Assembly: GCA_963692945.1 (NCBI GenBank)
Contig: OY843585.1
Location: 390,001 to 422,000 of the forward strand
Direction: 5' to 3'
Length of the DNA stretch: 32,000 bases
DNA from: Bdellovibrionales bacterium
GTDB lineage: Bacteria; Bdellovibrionota; Bdellovibrionia; Bdellovibrionales; UBA1609
Shown: positions 16,484-24,994 of the stretch, piece after piece
How the letters are laid out: every line of letters starts with the position of its first letter
Position numbering within the stretch: position 1 is the first letter of the stretch
Translations under genes and position numbers: made by a program
Notes under the pieces: model-generated
What the model was told of the DNA's origin: nothing
Database searches by the model: none
Seen by the model: the letters and a program-made list of their open reading frames with translations, nothing else

Positions 16484-16828
16484 CTACAACGGGAGAGCTT
16501 TTTTAGCTTTCATCCCTTGACCCTTGAATACATTATAACACATCTGTATTCCAAGTGTAGCAAGTAAGGTTCCCATTGTTGCCTGTATTACTGGTAACAC
16601 AACAGGCATGCTCGAACCTAATTCTATTGCTATTACTCCTGCTGTTGCAAAACCCATCGAACCTACCCCTGCACCTATAGCTCCTATCCCTAAAAGTTTA
16701 TTCGCTGTGGAAAGTTTTTCTTCTTTTTCAACTGTATCTTTTTTTTCAGATACATCAGAAAAACCAAGAGTTGGAAATCCAACGGCAAAAACAAAAACGA
16801 ATAGATAAGTAAAAAGTTTAAATTTCAT
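16484..16828 (-). CDS. secreted glycine-zipper small protein, paralog 2 (114 aa)
   Basis: Start at the ATG at 16828 behind SD AAGGGGG. Signal MKFKLFTYLFVFVFAVGFPTLGFS, then a divergent Gly/Ala-rich mature region LLGIGAIGAGVGSMGFATAGVIAIELG..TLLATLGIQMCYNVFKG. Confidence 0.65.
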   Translation of the reverse strand: MKFKLFTYLFVFVFAVGFPTLGFSDVSEKKDTVEKEEKLSTANKLLGIGAIGAGVGSMGFATAGVIAIELGSSMPVVLPVIQATMGTLLATLGIQMCYNVFKGQGMKAKKALPL

Positions 16829-16940
16829 TGAGAACCCCCTTTGATTAAATAACTCAATACACATTGAATACTAAATCAAAGTAGAGATGTAAAGAGGAAC
16901 TTTCAGAAGAAAGCCTTTAAAATCAAGGGTTTTTTAGTTT
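16757..16940 (-). repeat. conserved 5' module of the glycine-zipper cassette, copy 2
   Basis: Near-identical to 14016-14199. Putative promoter on the minus strand: -35 TTTACA (16893-16888), 17-nt spacer, -10 TATTCA (16870-16865). Confidence 0.8.
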
Positions 16941-16946
16941 AGTTTT

Positions 16947-17295
16947 TTATTCCTTGAATGCCAAGTAACAACCTATAGCTCCAGCTGATAATCCTACTGT
17001 TGCTCCAATTGTATAGAATAAAGAAGGTTCCACATGCGGCAGTACGATACCAAGATAGGGTGCAACAGAATTCGCCGTTTCGAGACCAAGATATGCCGCT
17101 CCGAGACCAAGATTAAATCCTCCAAATGCCCCCGCACCCAAAAGAAACAGTTTTTTCCATAAGGTGGTTAATTTCATCTACGGTTGATTGATTCTTCTCT
17201 ATACTTTGACTTTGAGATTCATTAGAAAAACCAAGAGTTGGAAATCCAACGGAAAAAACAAAAACGAATAAATAAGTAAAAAGTTTAAATTTCAT
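16947..17295 (-). pseudogene. glycine-zipper small protein paralog 3, frame disrupted in an A6 run
   Basis: ORF-track entries 17113-17295 (signal peptide + linker) and 16947-17177 (GGFNLGLGAAYLGLE..CYLAFKE) are the two halves of one paralog of 13764-14087. The frames switch at T6/A6 (17151-17156). Removing one A gives a continuous 115-aa ORF (..INHLMEKLFLLGAGAFGGFNLG..). Confidence 0.7.
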
Positions 17296-17406
17296 TGAGA
17301 ACCCCCTTTGATTAAATCAACAACAAAACTATGTATTTAATACTAAATCAAAGTAGAGATGTAAAGAGGAACTTTCAGAAGAAAGCCTTTAAAATCAAGG
17401 GTTTTT
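17224..17406 (-). repeat. conserved 5' module of the glycine-zipper cassette, copy 3
   Basis: Near-identical to the other two modules, except for a substituted ~20-nt stretch in the leader (17318-17338). Confidence 0.75.
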
Positions 17407-17551
17407 CAATATTATTACTCATTAATGCAGGGTGTTTTTATTTAAAAGAGTAGTCTTTCTTAAGAGCTATTTATCCCGATTATCAAAAACAGATATCTTA
17501 AGAATTGAAAAAATATTTTAAGAAATCTTTTTGAAAAAATTAAAATTTATT

Positions 17552-18889
17552 TTATAAAAAATTAGATTTACAACCAGATCTATCTAAAGAAAATAGATCT
17601 TTGATTTGGTTATAAAGTTCTGTCCCTTTTTTATGATTTTGTTGTTTGGATTTTTCTGTCCAATAAAAAGCAGTTTGAAAATTTTGTACAACTCCTTCAC
17701 CATTGTAATACATCAACGCCAACCTGTATTGAGCAAAAGGATAATTTTGCTGAGCCGCTTTTTCAAACCATTTAAGAGATTCTTCTAAATTTTTTGGGAC
17801 ACCTTCGCCATTGTAATACATCAATGCCAATTCAGATTGGGCGATCACATAACTTTGTTCGGCTGCTTTTTTAGTGTATTCAAAAGCGGTTTCTAAATTT
17901 TTTTGGACACCTTTGCCTTTGTAATACATCCATCCCAACCAATGTTGAGCAGGAGCATAATTTTGCTCAGTTGCTTTTTTAATCCATTTAAAAGATTCTT
18001 GAAAATTTTGTGTTACTCCTTCACCAAAATAATACATTATTCCCAAATCATATTGAGCAGGAATATAATTTTGTTCGGCTGCTTTTTTTAAATATTTAAA
18101 AGCTTCTTCTAGATTTTTATTTACTACTGCACCTGCATAATGTATCTGTCCAAGATTGTATGTAGCCAGAACATCATTTTCTTTAACCCTATCTTCTAAT
18201 TGATTTAAAAATTCTTTTTTGCATTGGAGGAAACTTTTATTGCAATCTTGCTTTATCATTTTTGTAATGACTTCTTTGAGACGAATTATTTTTGTCATAG
18301 ACCCTATGTAATTTTCGCTTTTAAAATGCACTCCAACAACTTGCCCTTGCTTGTCTAAAACAGGACTCCCACTTGCCCCCCTTAAAGGATAATGACTTAT
18401 AGGGTAAGAATATAAATAATTATCTTTATAAATAGCATCTCCTGTTTTCCTTACTCTTTTAAAAAGACCATCGGGATAACCAGAGATAAAAAGATTTTCA
18501 TTGGTTTCCACAGGTTCTTCTCTTAGCTTGAGATAGTCGTTGGAAGATTCTTTTGTTTCAATAAGAGCAAGGTCATGTAATGCAAAGACAGCAAGAATTT
18601 TTTTTACATGTATCTTAGAGAGATGATCTTTTTGAGTGAGATGGATTTCTTGTTCCTTAGAGTCTTTTAATAAATAATCTATCACATGAAAGTTTGTGAT
18701 GAAATGATTTGGACTTATAAAGAATCCTGTTCCACCAAAAAGCTTTGAAGTTTTTAGACTCCATATTGCTCTTTCTACTTTTGAAAGATAAGTTTCAAGA
18801 GCTGAGAGTTGAGCCTTTTGAGGTAAAATATTTTGAGCGAAAGATAGAACAGAAAAACTCAACAAAAGAAAAACAATAAAAAATTTCAT
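17552..18889 (-). CDS. secreted trypsin-like (S1) serine protease fused to C-terminal Sel1 (SLR/TPR-like) repeats
   Basis: Signal MKFFIVFLLLSFSVLSFA. Catalytic triad contexts GTGFFISPNHFITNFHV (His), HDLALIE (Asp) and GASGSPVLDKQGQVVGVH (Ser). These are followed by about five Sel1 units (e.g. AQYDLGIMYYFGEGVTQNFQESFKWIKKATEQNY). Confidence 0.8.
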   Translation of the reverse strand: MKFFIVFLLLSFSVLSFAQNILPQKAQLSALETYLSKVERAIWSLKTSKLFGGTGFFISPNHFITNFHVIDYLLKDSKEQEIHLTQKDHLSKIHVKKILAVFALHDLALIETKESSNDYLKLREEPVETNENLFISGYPDGLFKRVRKTGDAIYKDNYLYSYPISHYPLRGASGSPVLDKQGQVVGVHFKSENYIGSMTKIIRLKEVITKMIKQDCNKSFLQCKKEFLNQLEDRVKENDVLATYNLGQIHYAGAVVNKNLEEAFKYLKKAAEQNYIPAQYDLGIMYYFGEGVTQNFQESFKWIKKATEQNYAPAQHWLGWMYYKGKGVQKNLETAFEYTKKAAEQSYVIAQSELALMYYNGEGVPKNLEESLKWFEKAAQQNYPFAQYRLALMYYNGEGVVQNFQTAFYWTEKSKQQNHKKGTELYNQIKDLFSLDRSGCKSNFL

Positions 18890-19029
18890 ATAACAACCTT
18901 TATTAAAAGGAGTTACATAATTAACACATACTAAGATAAAATCAATTTTTTTAGGGAATTATATATGTACTCACCCTAAAAAACCTCTTTTTTTCTAGGC
19001 AAACGATAATAAAATAATAAGCTATTAAA

Positions 19030-20052
19030 CTACAGCTGGTATTCAAAACCGATGGAAACCATCGGATTGCTGCTGAAAGAGTTTCCTTTATAGAAAAGAT
19101 TTTTAGGACATACTACTTTATTTTTTTCTTCAGCTTTAGGAAAAATAGGTCGGTTAATTCCAGAAATAACATTACATTGTGCTTTGGCTCGACTAAATGG
19201 AACAAGACTGACTTCAACTGTTGAAGCAAGATGTTTTGTCCACCAGTATTTAGCTCCAACGAAAACCTGAAAATATTTTAATACAGTTGCTCCAGACCCT
19301 TTTCTGTAGGGGCCAGATAAATCTGTTTCTTCTACTGTTTCATTTTCATCACTCACCTGTAATTCATTGTTCACTTGTAATACATCATTTAATCCTATTT
19401 TTTCTACTCCTACTTCTTCTACTGTTTCTACTGATTCATTATCATGTCGCCAACCTAGATCAGATGATCTTGATGCTTTTCTACCAAAAAAAATGTCAAA
19501 CACTTTAAGGATACTGGAGACACTTTTAACTATACCATCTTCCATATCTTCAAAACTAAACACTTCTGTATGTCTTACTCCCCCAAAGGGTTCAAAGACT
19601 TTCTTATTTTTTAATTTCATTTTATGACTCGCTAAAAGAGCTCCACTGAGATAACCTCTTGCTAATGAAAAAAATAGAGATTCCCCTGTAGGAGGATCTC
19701 CTTTTATATATCCAGTTCCTAAAGAACCCCCAAAAGACCAACCCATTTTTTGATTATTAACAGGAGCATATTTCAATTGAAGTCCTATGTTTTCTGGAGA
19801 TTCCATTTGAATTCCTATATCTACATTATTTAAAACCCCATAATCATATCTTAATTGTCCTATTGCATTGTAGGTTATGTTGTTTGGACCTTGTTTTAAG
19901 GTGGTAGGGAGTGGATTTAACGATGCTCTTACACTGTGATTTCGTTTTCCAAGAGTACGCGCTGTATCTCCGTTTGAAACAGGACCAATGGGTTCTAACT
20001 GAACACAACCTAAAATAAATAAACTTAATAAAATTAAAAGATATTGTTTCAT
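19030..20052 (-). CDS. hypothetical lipoprotein, possibly outer-membrane beta-barrel-like
   Basis: Lipobox MKQYLLILLSLFILGC. Alternating beta-strand-like segments, an acidic insert (DNESVETVEEVGVEKIGLNDVLQVNNELQVSDENETVEETD) and a C-terminal ..VSIGFEYQL. Confidence 0.55.
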   Translation of the reverse strand: MKQYLLILLSLFILGCVQLEPIGPVSNGDTARTLGKRNHSVRASLNPLPTTLKQGPNNITYNAIGQLRYDYGVLNNVDIGIQMESPENIGLQLKYAPVNNQKMGWSFGGSLGTGYIKGDPPTGESLFFSLARGYLSGALLASHKMKLKNKKVFEPFGGVRHTEVFSFEDMEDGIVKSVSSILKVFDIFFGRKASRSSDLGWRHDNESVETVEEVGVEKIGLNDVLQVNNELQVSDENETVEETDLSGPYRKGSGATVLKYFQVFVGAKYWWTKHLASTVEVSLVPFSRAKAQCNVISGINRPIFPKAEEKNKVVCPKNLFYKGNSFSSNPMVSIGFEYQL

Positions 20053-20129
20053 GAATTCTCCTTATTTTTGAAGTTAATCTATTATAGATAGGAGAATGGC
20101 CTTTTTTTGTCAATTGTTTTTTTAAGGCT

Positions 20130-21824
20130 TTAGAAAACTTGTCTACATAAAACTCTATTAGGTGCACCATAATTAGTTTTTCTGTTTTTTGATTTTTGAG
20201 ATAGACTTTGTGTTTCTAAATTTTTTAAGGTTCTTGCTCTTTTAACTAATTTTTTATTTCCAATAGTCCTTAGGAAATAGCTATTTAAGATTTTTAAGAT
20301 ATTTCTACCTTCAGTTTGTTTTTTATTTGATAAAATGGATGTCCATTTTGGAACATGATAGAGATTTTGAGCCAATGTTTGATCTAGTACAAGTAAGAAT
20401 AAAGATTTTACTTGTCTCACTGGTTTCCAGTTTTTATTTATGAGATATAAAAGTTCATTATCTTTAACTTTTAAATTGGAACTGATTTGTGGGGAATAAA
20501 TTTTTTTATGTCTTTTTAAAAGATTGGCAAGAGAAAAATATAAGCTTTCAAGTTCTTCCCCTGTGACATACAAGGTGTGTACATTTTGATTCTTTGGGTA
20601 AAAAGTGCTTATTAAATTAGAATCAATCAATGTTTTTTCCCTAATAAAATCATTTCTTTGATAAAGGTTACTATCTAAAAAAACAGCTATATAGGTTTTA
20701 GTTTGATAAATCTTTTCCATGGGAATTTCTCTATAAGCCCATAGCCTTAATGTCTCTGCTAATAGAGTTCCTAAAATGGTTCTCCGATTTAAAAAGGCTT
20801 TTCTGTTATCCATCAAATGTCTTGGAATGAATTTATTAGATTGAAATCTTTTATATTCAATAGCATGAACAACGGGTTTAATTTTATCAGTGATTATTTT
20901 AGACTCTAAACTTGTCTCATCTATTTTACTAAGTAAATATCTTCTTTTTTCTTGATCATAAAAAGTGCTATCTATAATTTGACCTTCATCATCTAAAAGG
21001 ACAGAAGTGAAATTAAAAAAATCTCCAGAGCTAATCATCCGTGAATTTCTGAATTCTATATTTTTTACAGCATGATGATGTCCTAAAAAGATGGCAGAAA
21101 TTTTATGAGTCATGTCCTCAGAACAACATCTCAATTTACGATCTAATTTTTTAAAATGATTACTTACAGCTGAAGATCCTTCGTGAAAAGCTAACACCAG
21201 AGAAGAGATCAAAGAATTTTTATGAGTCTCTTTGATTACACTGTAAAGTCTTTCTTCAATGGGATAAAAACTTGTAAAAACTTTTGGTTTTAAATATTTA
21301 TTCCATCCACTTTTTTGAGGAAAATTGGATAAAGTGAATCCAGCAAAACGAACCGATTTCTCCCCCAGAGGAATATCTACAAATTTTGCAAAAAGATTTT
21401 TAAATTTGTGAACAAAATTGGCATTGGCGGCTAAAAGGTGTACTCCTGCCTCTTTCAACAAACTCATTTGATTTATAAATAAATTTGTATCCTTCCAGTC
21501 AAAAGCTTCGTGATTTCCAAATACAAAAACCACTTCATATTTTTGAGCCAATTGACTTAGAACCTCATAACCCAGCTGACCTTTGTCTCCCTCAGTCCAA
21601 ATGCTTTTTGAAGAATAGTCCCCGTTAATTAAAATCAGCACTTTACCATTAGGGTAGGAGCTTTTAAACTCCCGAGATAAAACTTCAACAGAAGCTACAA
21701 AACTCATCATTTGTCTGTATTCAGAGTGTTGATCAGAACTTTGGATGACCAACAGTTCAGCAAAGACATAAGAGTGAAAGGAAAATAAGAAATAGAGTAA
21801 AATGCTAATACTAGATAATTTCAA
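20130..21824 (-). CDS. secreted calcineurin-like metallophosphoesterase (5'-nucleotidase-like N-domain)
   Basis: Motifs SDQHS, NGDYS, GNHEAFDW and LGHHH. The ORF-track start (21905) gives an odd N-terminus. TTG at 21824 gives (M)KLSSISILLYFLFSFHSYVFA, a good signal peptide. The start is uncertain. Confidence 0.7.
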   Translation of the reverse strand: MKLSSISILLYFLFSFHSYVFAELLVIQSSDQHSEYRQMMSFVASVEVLSREFKSSYPNGKVLILINGDYSSKSIWTEGDKGQLGYEVLSQLAQKYEVVFVFGNHEAFDWKDTNLFINQMSLLKEAGVHLLAANANFVHKFKNLFAKFVDIPLGEKSVRFAGFTLSNFPQKSGWNKYLKPKVFTSFYPIEERLYSVIKETHKNSLISSLVLAFHEGSSAVSNHFKKLDRKLRCCSEDMTHKISAIFLGHHHAVKNIEFRNSRMISSGDFFNFTSVLLDDEGQIIDSTFYDQEKRRYLLSKIDETSLESKIITDKIKPVVHAIEYKRFQSNKFIPRHLMDNRKAFLNRRTILGTLLAETLRLWAYREIPMEKIYQTKTYIAVFLDSNLYQRNDFIREKTLIDSNLISTFYPKNQNVHTLYVTGEELESLYFSLANLLKRHKKIYSPQISSNLKVKDNELLYLINKNWKPVRQVKSLFLLVLDQTLAQNLYHVPKWTSILSNKKQTEGRNILKILNSYFLRTIGNKKLVKRARTLKNLETQSLSQKSKNRKTNYGAPNRVLCRQVF

Positions 21825-22096
21825 AAAACCTTCTTTTAAGATGAAAGTGCATCTAATTGGAATTCTATTCGGTTTTAGATAGAGTTTAAATAAGATAATA
21901 ATCAAGATGCATCATTTTAAATGAGAATCAGAAAAACGAGATGTTTTTTGAATATTTTGTTAAGTCAGTGCTTATATTTTTGTCTTTTTTTTAAAATATC
22001 TTAAAAAAAGGGTTGAATAAAATAGGAGCTACCTTCTAAGTTTATTTGCATTTGAATAGGGAAAATTCAAAGCAATGATGGATGTTTTTGTATTTC

Positions 22097-22561
22097 TTAA
22101 TCTTCAATTCTAACCCAAAACTTATTTATAGAATTGGAATTATCTTTGAAAGATATTTTTACTTGGATAGGGAAAGATCTCCAAGCGAGAACATTGAGTT
22201 TTTTTATTTCAATCGGAAATTTCTGATGAAGAGGAAGATAGTGACCCTTAAAAAAACTCCATTCCACTTTTTTGACTTGTTTTTCATTGATAGAATCAGA
22301 GACAGAAAGTGTGACCAAGACTTGAGGATAAAGGAGGTGTTTTTTTATCCATTCAGGAAGATATGAACTACGAAGTGACTTTTTTGTGATTTCCACTTCA
22401 TTTCCTTTATAAGTAACAATAGGAGGAGGTCTAATTTTATGACTTAAATCATGAAATGGAGGTACTTTTTGTATAACAGTTACAACTTCTTCTATGGGAG
22501 ATTCTAAACTCAAGCTAGAAAAAGGACTTAAAATAAAAAATAATAAAAGAATGTATTTCAT
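22097..22561 (-). CDS. hypothetical secreted protein, tandem paralog A
   Basis: Start moved to the ATG at 22561 (SD GAGGT; one nucleotide, 22562, separates it from the upstream stop codon). Signal MKYILLLFFILSPFSSLS. The C-terminal half aligns with paralog B (VKKVEWSFFKGHY.P..VLAWRSFPIQVKISFKDNS versus VKAVEWEFFEEYYFP..VTAWQPFAVGMKLSFEDNS). Confidence 0.6.
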   Translation of the reverse strand: MKYILLLFFILSPFSSLSLESPIEEVVTVIQKVPPFHDLSHKIRPPPIVTYKGNEVEITKKSLRSSYLPEWIKKHLLYPQVLVTLSVSDSINEKQVKKVEWSFFKGHYLPLHQKFPIEIKKLNVLAWRSFPIQVKISFKDNSNSINKFWVRIED

Positions 22562-22562
22562 T

Positions 22563-23099
22563 TTACCTCGGATCAAGTTCAATCCAAAGCAGATGTGCTT
22601 CAAAAGAATTGTCTTCAAAACTTAACTTCATTCCAACTGCAAAAGGCTGCCAAGCAGTGACTTCAATTTGTCTGGTGTTAATTGGATGATATTGTGAGCT
22701 GGAAGGAAAATAATACTCTTCAAAAAATTCCCATTCAACAGCTTTCACATGTTTTCCGTTGAAAAAATAAGGAGCTAAAAGTGTGATGATTCTTTTTTGT
22801 TTGTGTATAGTAATATGTTGCCAGAATCTGGTAATCTCTAAAGGTGTTCGATTGATCTTGATAATCCCATCGGGGCTTCTACTCCTTGCTTGCACAAGAT
22901 CTTCTATGAGATTCTTATACGAGTCAGGAAGCAAAGGCTTACCTTGTTTAATCTTAATAATGGGAGAGTCTTTTAAATCCTCTTCGGTTGGATAGAGTGC
23001 AACATAAGAATCTGAAGAATCTGAAACATCTTTAGTTGAATGTACGCCCCAAGAAAAAGGACTTAAAATAAAAAATAATAAAAGAATGTATTTATACAT
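22563..23099 (-). CDS. hypothetical secreted protein, tandem paralog B
   Basis: Start moved to the ATG at 23099 behind SD AGGAG. Signal MYKYILLLFFILSPFSWGVHS. The signal-peptide DNA is almost identical to that of paralog A (22520-22560 versus 23058-23098). Confidence 0.6.
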   Translation of the reverse strand: MYKYILLLFFILSPFSWGVHSTKDVSDSSDSYVALYPTEEDLKDSPIIKIKQGKPLLPDSYKNLIEDLVQARSRSPDGIIKINRTPLEITRFWQHITIHKQKRIITLLAPYFFNGKHVKAVEWEFFEEYYFPSSSQYHPINTRQIEVTAWQPFAVGMKLSFEDNSFEAHLLWIELDPR

Positions 23100-23305
23100 G
23101 GTATCTCCTGTAAATAAGTTTTTATATGTATAAATGTTTTTCTTCACAATATCAAATGAAAATATTATAGTTTTCCTGATTTATAGATGTTTTTTCAATT
23201 TTTTAAGGGTTTTTAAGTCAAAAAATAAAAAAATGTTAAGTAATAGGTTATAATTTTACTATTAACAGGCAGGCTTTTATTCCATTTCTAATTTTTCTTT
23301 TTACA

Positions 23306-23827
23306 ATGGTTGCTTCTTTAGCCTACGGAGAAACGACTTATCTTTCTTGTTCTGTGAATAATGGTGCAGATATGCTTATTTCTTATAAGCAAGAGAAAGA
23401 TAAAATTCTTTATCTTGGAGGTCTTGTTCATTCTCGTAAACCACAGCTTATGGGGAGAAAAGATCATTTTGTGTATTTTATTTGGAAAAATCATCCAGAG
23501 AATCCAAACCATAGCTACACTATTGAAAGAATAGAATTTTCTAAGAAGATCATCTTTATCCGGTCTCATGTTTTCATAGATGATGTGGTCATTCACAAAA
23601 AAAGAAAAGAAGAGGCTAAACACAATCCCTACTCTTTTATTAATCCTAAAAGATATAAAAAAGTTTATAATCCTAATTTATTGAAACTCATTCCCTATCG
23701 TTTGAAAAAAAACGAACGAGCTTTTGCTTTTGACCGAGATCATTATCCCTGTAAAAGACTTTCTTATTTTATATATCTCTTAAGAATCCCTTTGAATATT
23801 TTGGCTCAAATTGGATTTTCAGGTTAG
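23306..23827 (+). CDS. hypothetical protein (start uncertain)
   Basis: 173-aa ORF with no recognised motifs. The in-frame upstream sequence would complete a signal peptide (see findings). Confidence 0.45.
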   Translation: MVASLAYGETTYLSCSVNNGADMLISYKQEKDKILYLGGLVHSRKPQLMGRKDHFVYFIWKNHPENPNHSYTIERIEFSKKIIFIRSHVFIDDVVIHKKRKEEAKHNPYSFINPKRYKKVYNPNLLKLIPYRLKKNERAFAFDRDHYPCKRLSYFIYLLRIPLNILAQIGFSG

Positions 23828-23923
23828 GTAGAGAATTAGTAAAATGAGTTTTAGAAACTGACTTTAGAACAAGAACCTGGATTAAAACAGGCAACCTTTT
23901 TTTAAAGATATAGACAAAAAAAT

Positions 23924-24994
23924 TTAAGACCAAGATTGCCAATAATTTTCAATTTCAAGTTCTTTAAGTTGGGAATGTTGTTTTAAAGATTGTTTTGAGT
24001 CTATCATGACAGCACATTCATTTGTCCAAGTTTTATCTTTTATTTTTTCAATTGCTTTTGGATGAGGTCCATGAGGAAATCCTGGAGGATGAAAACTCAT
24101 CATACCAGCATGAAGATGATCTCGGCTAAAAAAATCTCCGTCATGATAAAAAAGCACTTCATCATAGTCTGTATTTTGATGATAAAAAGGAACTTTTAAA
24201 GCATCTTTATCTTGCTCTAAAGGCCTTGGAAGAAAACTACAAACAATAAACTCTTTTGTTACAAAAGTAGAGTGGATGCTTGGTGGAAGATGAACGCGAT
24301 GACTCATAACAGGCATAATGTCATTCATATCTAGGGTGTAAGGAAATAAATCTCCTTTCCATTCTACAACATCAAATAAGCACTCTTTATAAGTGAATAT
24401 GGTTTTTTGATCTTGATGATGAACAATCATTTTTTTAAACTCTAATTTGTTGTTTTTCAAATAGTTGTTGAGAGATTTTAAATCAGGACGAATCAAAGAA
24501 TCCGAATCATAGAGGCCATGTCGTCCGAGAAGTCCTCTGTCTGGAGATTGAAAATGACTTTTCAAACTTTCTACAACAAAGAAACTTGAATTTTGAGAAG
24601 GTATAAAAACATGGCTAAAAGATTTAGGAATAACAATGTATTGTCCAGAGTGATAGTTTAGTAATCCATACTCTGTAAGAACAACACCTTCTCCTTTGTG
24701 ACAAAAGTACAAAAGATCTCCATTTGCATTTTTAAAGAGTTCTGAGGAGTGTCCCTTGCAATTTAAAAAATTAATTTTTAAATTGTCATTATAGAGAAGT
24801 GGTTTCCATGTTTGTAGATTGTTTTTTGAAACCAAGTCAAACATTCTAGGTTTTAAAGAACCGTCAATATGACTCCATCTTGTACTTGGATTTTTCCGTA
24901 TCAGATGAGAGACAGGTCCATAAAATCCATCTTGTCCTTGTTCCTCTTCAAAGAAACCTTTTGGGATGTTTTTGTGAGGCTGTCTTTTTTTCAT
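23924..24994 (-). CDS. hmgA: homogentisate 1,2-dioxygenase (short cupin-type)
   Basis: PFYHQNTDYDEVLFYHDGDFFSRD and GMMSFHPPGFPHGPHP give the His/Glu/His metal-ligand contexts of HGO. ATGA overlap with hppD; pathway context. Confidence 0.82.
   Translation of the reverse strand: MKKRQPHKNIPKGFFEEEQGQDGFYGPVSHLIRKNPSTRWSHIDGSLKPRMFDLVSKNNLQTWKPLLYNDNLKINFLNCKGHSSELFKNANGDLLYFCHKGEGVVLTEYGLLNYHSGQYIVIPKSFSHVFIPSQNSSFFVVESLKSHFQSPDRGLLGRHGLYDSDSLIRPDLKSLNNYLKNNKLEFKKMIVHHQDQKTIFTYKECLFDVVEWKGDLFPYTLDMNDIMPVMSHRVHLPPSIHSTFVTKEFIVCSFLPRPLEQDKDALKVPFYHQNTDYDEVLFYHDGDFFSRDHLHAGMMSFHPPGFPHGPHPKAIEKIKDKTWTNECAVMIDSKQSLKQHSQLKELEIENYWQSWS

Noticed and set aside
17606-18091. Two 60-62-aa plus-strand ORFs and DNA periodicity inside the protease gene, considered as a possible repeat element
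   Set aside because: The periodicity is the ~108-nt Sel1 repeat unit of the minus-strand protease-Sel1 CDS. The plus-strand ORFs are its antisense shadows.
19287-20170. ORF-track entries 19287-19508 (+), 19367-19627 (+) and 19844-20170 (-)
   Set aside because: They overlap the lipoprotein CDS antisense or out of frame, or bridge the intergenic gap. They are low-complexity with no start context.
21825-21905. N-terminal 27 codons of the ORF-track model of the metallophosphoesterase (MIIILFKLYLKPNRIPIRCTFILKEGF)
   Set aside because: They precede a well-formed signal peptide that can start at TTG 21824 with a nearby purine-rich SD-like element (spacing is borderline). The extension would bury the signal peptide. 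This is kept as uncertain rather than disproved.
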